Source of the DNA: a virus
Direction: 5' to 3' (one strand)
Length of the DNA stretch: 64,000 bases
IMG/VR virus record: IMGVR_UViG_3300020419_000859
Shown here one piece after another: positions 57,366 through 64,000 of this stretch (the stretch's first letter is position 1; every line of letters starts with the position of its first letter). The notes under the pieces are model-generated. The model saw only the letters and a program-made list of their open reading frames with translations, had not been told where the DNA came from and did not search any database. The translations under genes were made by a program, and so were the position numbers.

Positions 57366-58154
57366 CTAACTATTTATCCATATCTTATAAAGTGGACTTT
57401 CTGGTAGATTGTGTATGGCACGATTCGGACCTGTGTAGTGAACAACCTTTAATCTTTCATCTGGTTCATCTAGTATCATATAATCTGTTTTAAATGTTTT
57501 TGCATATAGTTTATTTAAACCTATCATATCTTTTTTATTTTCTGTATACTTTCCTAACCATTCAGGTGGTGTTAACGTAAGTTTACTTTTCTTTTCAAAG
57601 ATTTTCCAATCAACATAGTTTTGTTCTCCATAATATTTAAAATGTACTTTACCTGTATTGTAATAATGCAATTGCCAATAAGGAGGATTAAGTGCAAAAT
57701 CATCCCATATATGCTTAAACTGTCCTGATTTAAATTTATAGAAACCACCATTTAATGGTAAAATATTATTATCTTTTAATTTTTTTTCTTCGCCGTCTTT
57801 TGTTTCATTGTTCCACCAAGTACCATATGATACTAACTCATCATCGCCAACAGGATGACCTATAAGTTTATCTATATTACCTACTATAACTTGATCTATA
57901 TCCATTATAATAATTTCATCACCTGGTTGTTGACCACCAAATAAAGGACTGAAATATTTTAGTTTGTGCCAGTGTTTTACAACACTACTATGATGATTAT
58001 ATGGTAATACTATATCTGCCTTTACGTTAGGGTCGTCACTTATACAAATAGATTGAAAAGGTATTGTACTATTTCTTTTTAGTCCATCATAGAAGTTGGC
58101 AACATAGTCTGGTGTATATGTTCCTTTGAAATAAACAGTGCAGATTTTAAGCAT
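57366..58154 (-). CDS. GT8-like glycosyltransferase
   Basis: ICTVYF.G.Y…Y, WHKL.YF, IMDIDQVI, NGGF, GEQ and VHYTG motifs. Confidence 0.7.
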   Translation of the reverse strand: MLKICTVYFKGTYTPDYVANFYDGLKRNSTIPFQSICISDDPNVKADIVLPYNHHSSVVKHWHKLKYFSPLFGGQQPGDEIIIMDIDQVIVGNIDKLIGHPVGDDELVSYGTWWNNETKDGEEKKLKDNNILPLNGGFYKFKSGQFKHIWDDFALNPPYWQLHYYNTGKVHFKYYGEQNYVDWKIFEKKSKLTLTPPEWLGKYTENKKDMIGLNKLYAKTFKTDYMILDEPDERLKVVHYTGPNRAIHNLPESPLYKIWINS

Positions 58155-59031
58155 TTATATTTCTCCAGATTATATCAAACTTTTTATTAATGGCATGTAT
58201 GAGTTTAGCTTTTGGTGGAATAAAACCTTGTGTATCAAAAAAATAATGCCAATCTTCATCTAGCCATTGTACTGGTATATTATTTTCTTTTAATTTAACA
58301 GCAAATATTGTTTCATTATCATAACCAAAATATTTTGCAATTTTCATAGGAAAGAAATCGTCTTGTCCTATAAGACCTGTCATAAGGTCTAAAGTTTGTT
58401 TAAAATCTGTGAAATAATCTAGTTTTTTTAAATGTTCTCTATTAATACCCACTATACCTGTATTAATAACATCATTTTTTGGACTTAATCCTTTTTCTAT
58501 CAACATTGCTTGAGCATTATAAAATTTTGAGTTAGGACTTCTTATTGTTTGTGTGTTCTCCGTTATTCTATGAATAGGACTTACTCTTTCATTATTATTC
58601 TTAACGGCCACACCTTTTGATAAGTCAAATACTTCAAAAAAGTTTTCTGTTGTGTTAGGTACAACATCAAAGTCTAGATATAACACCTCGTCATAGTCTT
58701 TAGCAAATTCATATAGTAAATGTATCTTAAAAAAGTTAACTATGTTATAACTTGTAATTTCTGGATAAAACTCTCTCATCCATTTGTAATAATCAACATA
58801 ACTAGTTTTTAAACCAGCACATTTTGTATCATTTTCTACCATAGTAAAATCTACACCTATTTTTTTGGCATATTCTACTTTACAGTCTACTAACTGTTGG
58901 TAGTTCTTTTCAAATTCGTTTTTAGTATTATAGTTTGTAAACTCGGCATCCTTTTTTTTAATATGCTCGTCAAACGTATCTAATTCTTCTTTTGGAATAT
59001 TAATGTATAAACTAAATATTTTTCTTTTCAT
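58147..59031 (-). CDS. GT-A fold glycosyltransferase
   Basis: YA..IG..F, K..L, YD.VLYLDFDVV, INTG and HA..K motifs. Confidence 0.65.
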   Translation of the reverse strand: MKRKIFSLYINIPKEELDTFDEHIKKKDAEFTNYNTKNEFEKNYQQLVDCKVEYAKKIGVDFTMVENDTKCAGLKTSYVDYYKWMREFYPEITSYNIVNFFKIHLLYEFAKDYDEVLYLDFDVVPNTTENFFEVFDLSKGVAVKNNNERVSPIHRITENTQTIRSPNSKFYNAQAMLIEKGLSPKNDVINTGIVGINREHLKKLDYFTDFKQTLDLMTGLIGQDDFFPMKIAKYFGYDNETIFAVKLKENNIPVQWLDEDWHYFFDTQGFIPPKAKLIHAINKKFDIIWRNINA

Positions 59032-59683
59032 TTTTCGCCTCTTCCCATGACATAATCGGATCAGGATTACCTTCCATTTTTCCTACTATGATAAATCTTG
59101 TACCTCTATAATCTGTTACCTTTTCCTCTGATAATACAGTTGCATTACTTGGTAATTGTTTTTTAAATTGTTCTATGTTATCTACACAATTAATATGGCC
59201 TTCAATATCATACATGTTGTTAGATGTAAAAGCAAAGTGTGTTGGCGATGTTCTTCCCCACCAAGGATTTTTCATTATTGGTGCTGGTCCCCATTCTTTC
59301 ATTGGTTTCATATGTTCGCAAGATGTATTAATAAACAAATCAACACCATCGTACTGATCTCTATATTTTTCAAATACATCACCTGTAATCCAATCAATAT
59401 TCCATTCTGGAAATATTCTATATTTTGATCTACTAATTACTTGTGCGTCTGTATCTACACATACTATTTGTTTTACTTTATGATAAAAGGCAGGTATTAA
59501 TATACTGCCATACCAACTACCAAATATAACTATTTTTGAATCTTTATTTAAAAAATCTAATTTATTTACAGATTCAATAAGTTTCATTTTAGTATTGAAT
59601 TGATTAGGACTTAACGAATCTAATAGATCGTCATTCTCTCTAATCTCTGCCATCATATTTTTTAATATTTCTAAATCAATCAT
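59012..59683 (-). CDS. class I SAM-dependent methyltransferase-like protein
   Basis: IFGSWYG, C.D.D, D and INTSCEHM motifs. Confidence 0.65.
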   Translation of the reverse strand: MIDLEILKNMMAEIRENDDLLDSLSPNQFNTKMKLIESVNKLDFLNKDSKIVIFGSWYGSILIPAFYHKVKQIVCVDTDAQVISRSKYRIFPEWNIDWITGDVFEKYRDQYDGVDLFINTSCEHMKPMKEWGPAPIMKNPWWGRTSPTHFAFTSNNMYDIEGHINCVDNIEQFKKQLPSNATVLSEEKVTDYRGTRFIIVGKMEGNPDPIMSWEEAKNEKKNI

Positions 59684-61206
59684 TTTCTGTAAATATAATC
59701 ATTAATAACTAGTATATCTAGTGCAGTCTTTTTAAAAGTTTTTAATGCATTTTCTGGTGTTTCTACTATTGGCTCTTGACAATTAAAACTTGTATTAAGC
59801 AACATAGGAACACCAGTAATTTCTCCAAACTCTCTTATAAGTTCATAAAATTTACTGTTATCGTTTTTATTAACTGTTTGTATTCTAGCTGTACCATCAA
59901 CGTGAGTGATACCTGGTATTACTTCTTTCATTTCTGGTTTTACTTTACATATTCTAGACATGTAAGGACTAGGTAAATTAGTATCAAAATATTGTTTATA
60001 ATGTTCTTCTAAAACAGCAGGTGCAAATGGTCTAAAGTCTTCTCTCATTTTTATTGTACTGTTAATGATATCTTTTATGTCTGGATTTCTAACATCAGCC
60101 AATATACTTCTATTACCTAATGCTCTATTACCACTTTCTGATTTACCTTGAAACCAACCTACTATTTTTCCATCAGCGATTGCCTGTGCTACTTCTTTAT
60201 ATGAAGTTAATTTTTCATCACCTTTATACCAGTCATATGATTTACCAGCATACAAGTTAGACTTGTGTACATTACCATTGATTGTATAATCAGCGTGTTG
60301 ATAAGCTCCTATGGCTTGGCCTTCGTCACCGATTGCAGGTGGAACAAATACATTATCATAATGTTCAGTAAACATTTCATTACAATAACCGTTGTATGCA
60401 ACACCACCAGCAAGACATAAGTTATCGGAAGTTTTTAAAGGATAGACATGTTCTTTAATTCTTTCCATTGTTATTTCTTGTAGTGTATATGCTAAATCAT
60501 CTATACCATGTTCAGCAATTTTTATTTGTTTCCATTCTGGATATTTTCTTTCTAAAATAGGTCCTTCTAAAATTTGTGTAAGTACATTGTAATAGTAATC
60601 GCTGTGTTTACCATAACCAACTTTTCCCATAAGTTTACTTGCACCTAATGTTCCAAATCCTGTTAAGTTAGACATATGATTCCATAACCAACCGATAGGA
60701 AGTTTTGATGATAGATCAGTTGCCTTACCGTCTCTATCAAAAAATAAACATCTATATCTTGAGCCAATACCATCAATTGCAAGTACATCACTTTGTTTGT
60801 AACCTGAATTTAAAAATGCATAAGCAGCATGTGATTGATGATGATCTATGTAATAGATACCATCTTTATAATGATTTTGCCATAATGTCTTAACTTCATA
60901 ATCAAAGATTTCATCGTGACCTTTGAATATGCCGTTCCATAATTCTTCTTTTGATTTTCTTACACCACCATATGTGTATGTAAATGCTAGAACACCGTCT
61001 TCCGGTTTTTTTAAATATTCTTGTATGAATTGATCGTTGAGAGTATAGTCACCAGGATTTAATATATCTGATTGATGATTATAAGCTTCTGCTCTGTATG
61101 GTAAGTTATGTTTAAAACGTGTATGTCTTTCACGTTGATTATGATACTCGCCATCATAAGTATTGTGATCATGTAAGTTTATTGCAACAGCGTAAATTTT
61201 CTTCAC
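59680..61206 (-). CDS. carbamoyltransferase (NodU/CmcH family)
   Basis: HD, DHHQSHAAYAF, IDG.G, KLMG, LAGGVA.N, PPA.GD.G, GWFQG.SE.G.RALGNRSILA, REDFRPFAP, HVDGTARIQTV and LLNTSFN motifs. Confidence 0.93.
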   Translation of the reverse strand: MKKIYAVAINLHDHNTYDGEYHNQRERHTRFKHNLPYRAEAYNHQSDILNPGDYTLNDQFIQEYLKKPEDGVLAFTYTYGGVRKSKEELWNGIFKGHDEIFDYEVKTLWQNHYKDGIYYIDHHQSHAAYAFLNSGYKQSDVLAIDGIGSRYRCLFFDRDGKATDLSSKLPIGWLWNHMSNLTGFGTLGASKLMGKVGYGKHSDYYYNVLTQILEGPILERKYPEWKQIKIAEHGIDDLAYTLQEITMERIKEHVYPLKTSDNLCLAGGVAYNGYCNEMFTEHYDNVFVPPAIGDEGQAIGAYQHADYTINGNVHKSNLYAGKSYDWYKGDEKLTSYKEVAQAIADGKIVGWFQGKSESGNRALGNRSILADVRNPDIKDIINSTIKMREDFRPFAPAVLEEHYKQYFDTNLPSPYMSRICKVKPEMKEVIPGITHVDGTARIQTVNKNDNSKFYELIREFGEITGVPMLLNTSFNCQEPIVETPENALKTFKKTALDILVINDYIYRK

Positions 61207-61229
61207 TTCATTTCTCCTTATCTTATTTA

Positions 61230-61571
61230 TTATAATCCTAACAACCCTCTAATCTCTGGATCAATCATGTCTCTTGTCCATTGAGGCGTCATTGTGACTC
61301 TTACATTGCATTTTAGTCCTGGAATACTTTCAACATTCATCTTAACATTATTTACTATTTGATCTGCCGCCGGACAAAAGGCAGACGTTAAACTCATTAA
61401 CACGTGTACATATCTTGACTCTGTGACTTTAACATCATATATTAAACCAAGTGTGTATATATCTGTAGAGATTTCAGGATCGTATACTTCTTTTAGCGCC
61501 TCTGTAATCTTATTAATATATATTAACCTAGTTTCTTGATGATCGTTTATATCGCTCAAATCTGTTTTCAT
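61230..61571 (-). CDS. SufT/DUF59 Fe-S cluster assembly protein
   Basis: AL..VYDPEI..DIY.LGLIY…M.LTS..CP…P.WT.DM. Confidence 0.88.
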   Translation of the reverse strand: MKTDLSDINDHQETRLIYINKITEALKEVYDPEISTDIYTLGLIYDVKVTESRYVHVLMSLTSAFCPAADQIVNNVKMNVESIPGLKCNVRVTMTPQWTRDMIDPEIRGLLGL

Positions 61572-62410
61572 TATACATTCAATATGTTAGCATATTTCTC
61601 AATAGGAAAATGTCCTTTCGGTTGTACATATTCTTTACAAGTCACACAATATTTTTCATATTTAAATAACTGAAAGTTCATCATCTTATCAATATTTTCT
61701 TTAGTCATAGGAAAAGACCTAGACAATTCGGTGTTGTTAGCAAATTTTTTACTACAGTGTACTATGTGTCTTTTTTCAAAGTCAATAACAGGTACCATAG
61801 GAAAAGCAGCACACATCTTACGATCTATTTCAGCTGCCTGTTGATGTACTTCTTCTACATCTCCTTTAGATGGTGTTCTACCATTAAACGCTTTGAACAT
61901 AGTATTTTTGTGTTCTAATTGCTTTTTAAATTCTGGATAGTTAGCTATGTACTTAAAGTAGTTAGGTGTTTTAAGTACTACATTGTAATTATTCATATCA
62001 TTTGGTGCTAGATAGTCATAATTACCTAATTTTTTAATTTTGTCTGGATAAAAATCTAATGTTAAGTGTTCTACATATAATATTTCAGGATCTTCTAATA
62101 TTTCTGGATATCTTTTTCTTATAAAAGAGTTAGATAAAACTTGACAAATAAAATTAGGATATTCTTTTATCATAGATATAACTTCACGTAAGTTTTTAAT
62201 AAGACCTGGCTCTCCACCAAGTAAACATATTCTAACTTTATATTTCTTTAAAGCCTCTAATGTTTCTCTTAAAAAATCTAAATCTACTGTTAAGTTTCTC
62301 ATTTCTAGAGTATAACTTGTACAATAGTGACAGTCTTTATTACAAGACATTGATAAAAAGAAATCTATTGCCAAATAGTTCTTTTGTGCATATGTTAAAT
62401 CAAATTTCAT
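61571..62410 (-). CDS. radical SAM protein
   Basis: CNKDCHYC, LGGEPG, C-terminal C…HC…C..C; late promoter GATAAATA 5 nt upstream. Confidence 0.85.
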   Translation of the reverse strand: MKFDLTYAQKNYLAIDFFLSMSCNKDCHYCTSYTLEMRNLTVDLDFLRETLEALKKYKVRICLLGGEPGLIKNLREVISMIKEYPNFICQVLSNSFIRKRYPEILEDPEILYVEHLTLDFYPDKIKKLGNYDYLAPNDMNNYNVVLKTPNYFKYIANYPEFKKQLEHKNTMFKAFNGRTPSKGDVEEVHQQAAEIDRKMCAAFPMVPVIDFEKRHIVHCSKKFANNTELSRSFPMTKENIDKMMNFQLFKYEKYCVTCKEYVQPKGHFPIEKYANILNV

Positions 62411-62414
62411 ACTA

Positions 62415-63212
62415 CTATTTATCTTTCATCCATTTATTGTCATCCGACCAGTCTTTTGAATTTAACCATTTTTTCTGCGTCAAATTTTCTGGTTCTGGAT
62501 CCTCATCTTCGTTTGTCACAACCCAATTAACAACTTTATCAAAATCTGGTTTAGGGTCTAAATGTGTTTGATTAGTTCTTTCCATAAACTGCCATCTAAA
62601 AAGTTTACCAACACCTGTTGACATTATAATATGTGGCTCTTGATCTACATATGGTATATGTGGCCAATATTTTTTAAATTGTTTAGGAAAACAAGAAGTA
62701 AAAGATACATCTAAACCTTGTTCACAAAGTAAACCTGTTAGTGTAGAACAAAATAGTCCACACTCAAAAGAAATTAACGTATTTATTACTTCTAACTTTT
62801 CTTCAAATTCTTGTTCCGGATGATGGCTATCTTCGTCAATGGCCATTTTATTAAATTCATTTGATTCACAAACTCTAGACGTAAATATAAAAACATATGG
62901 TGCTGTTATTATATGTTGATAGTTTCTATTTACAACATGTTTAGAATGATCTAGATAACCACTTTTCATAGCGTCATCTTCAACTTTGTGGTGATTCTTA
63001 ATACACAATTTCCATATTCTTTCTTTTTCAGCCTGATCCTCTGGACCGATAACATTTACTCTGTAAGGCATGTATTGTTGTTTAGAAGGAGTTAGTTGCC
63101 ATGCCTTCTTCAAACATTCATTTACAGTTTCTTTACTTGGTATATTTTTGTCATCATATATCCAAACGTGTTTTCGTTTTTTAAAAGTTTCGTATATATT
63201 ACTTTGTGTCAT
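62415..63212 (-). CDS. nitroreductase-family flavoprotein
   Basis: KRKHV..Y….P…..L..AW..TPSKQ…PY.V; APY..F; E.GL.SFT.CF. Confidence 0.7.
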   Translation of the reverse strand: MTQSNIYETFKKRKHVWIYDDKNIPSKETVNECLKKAWQLTPSKQQYMPYRVNVIGPEDQAEKERIWKLCIKNHHKVEDDAMKSGYLDHSKHVVNRNYQHIITAPYVFIFTSRVCESNEFNKMAIDEDSHHPEQEFEEKLEVINTLISFECGLFCSTLTGLLCEQGLDVSFTSCFPKQFKKYWPHIPYVDQEPHIIMSTGVGKLFRWQFMERTNQTHLDPKPDFDKVVNWVVTNEDEDPEPENLTQKKWLNSKDWSDDNKWMKDK

Positions 63213-64000
63213 ATGGTGAGTCGTGTTTTTGGTCCTTTGCTAATTGTATTCGTCTTTTTAATTCTTCTCTATTATCAGTTGAAGTGCCTGGTGTATCTTT
63301 AACCCAATTTATTATATCTTCAAAGTCTGCTTTTCTATCTAAATCCCAATTACTTCTTCCGTTTTCTATATCAGGACCATTTTCTTTCATCCATTGCTCT
63401 TTGTAATATTTACCATAACCTATAGAACATGTTAATAATGGTATAGTGTTAACAAAAGGTACATCGTGCCACTTTTCTACTCTTTTTGGAAAACAAGTTG
63501 TATATGTTATGTCAATACCTTGTTCTACTAATATACCTGTTAATGAAGCTGCAAATAATCCAACTTCTATACTTGTTGCTTGTGCCAATGTTTCGTGTTG
63601 ATCTGAAAACTCTGGTTCACTAAAGTGACCGTCTTTAGCAATACACTTTTTATTCCATTCATTTGTTTTTTCTGGATCAACAGTTCTAGATGTAAATACT
63701 ATTACATATGGAGCGTCTGATAAATGTTGATATGTTCTATTGACTTTAAATTTTGTTTCTGCTAATTGTTTCTTTTTATGGGCTCTGATTTCTACATCAT
63801 GGTGGTTAATCATCGCCTTATCCCATACTTTTAGTTTTTCATCGTCAAATTCTTTTTCTGGTCCTAATATATTTACTTCATATGGATAATAATTTTGTTT
63901 TGATGGTGTACAGTGCCAGGCATGCCATAGTGCGTCTGTAATTGTTTCTCTGTTAGGTATCTTATCTTTATGATACTCTATAACGTGTTTTCTTTTTTTA
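63199..64000 (-). CDS. nitroreductase-family flavoprotein (tandem paralog, 5'-truncated by the window)
   Basis: The frame continues past 63813 to the window end: KKRKHVIEYHKDKIPNRETITDALWHAWHCTPSKQNYYPYEVNILGP. Confidence 0.7.
   Translation of the reverse strand, partial: KKRKHVIEYHKDKIPNRETITDALWHAWHCTPSKQNYYPYEVNILGPEKEFDDEKLKVWDKAMINHHDVEIRAHKKKQLAETKFKVNRTYQHLSDAPYVIVFTSRTVDPEKTNEWNKKCIAKDGHFSEPEFSDQHETLAQATSIEVGLFAASLTGILVEQGIDITYTTCFPKRVEKWHDVPFVNTIPLLTCSIGYGKYYKEQWMKENGPDIENGRSNWDLDRKADFEDIINWVKDTPGTSTDNREELKRRIQLAKDQKHDSPYDTK

Noticed and set aside
59314-59328. LexA-like GTTCGCAAGATGTAT
   Set aside because: The second half-site is mismatched, it lies inside a CDS, and no promoter is nearby.
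1-64000. tRNA/rRNA genes, introns, inteins, alternative genetic code
   Set aside because: No cloverleaf or T-loop signatures were found by eye. Core genes are uninterrupted and of normal length, and TAA, TAG and TGA all end conserved genes.

Overview
AT-rich (roughly 30% GC by eye) segment of a T4-like myophage. Gene content (PstS, IscA, SufE, 7Fe ferredoxin, VrlC-like baseplate protein, radical SAM/glycosyltransferase islands) and alphaproteobacterial LexA boxes point to an alphaproteobacterial host, most plausibly marine SAR11 (inference). Bases 1-21.6 kb are small early/middle genes behind repeated sigma70-type promoters, including RNase H, glutaredoxin, a DenV-like glycosylase, exonuclease, gp33 and gp59. 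Bases 21.7-53.5 kb hold gp32 and the baseplate/tail module (gp2, 54, 26, 51, tape measure, 4, 48, 53, 27-like, 5, PAAR, 25, 6, 7, 9/10-like, 8, VrlC-like), split by a ~7 kb auxiliary island between gp5 and PAAR. Bases 53.5-64 kb are a late-promoter cluster of modifying enzymes (radical SAMs, carbamoyltransferase, methyltransferase, QueC-like, nitroreductase-like, glycosyltransferases). The most notable signals are: (1) three perfect GTTC-N7-GTTC LexA/SOS boxes just upstream of phage early promoters; (2) a 2.1 kb island with 25 GGCC sites over and around gene 5, flanked by structured non-coding DNA (candidate origin or pac site); (3) a -1 slippery site with a downstream hairpin that would fuse gp26 to gp51, as in lambda G/GT; (4) many apparently leaderless transcripts; (5) a dispersed Fe-S assembly toolkit alongside radical SAM enzymes and a late Cys-rich mini-protein. 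No tRNA, rRNA or CRISPR array was seen. All product calls rest on motif recognition by eye, not database searches.
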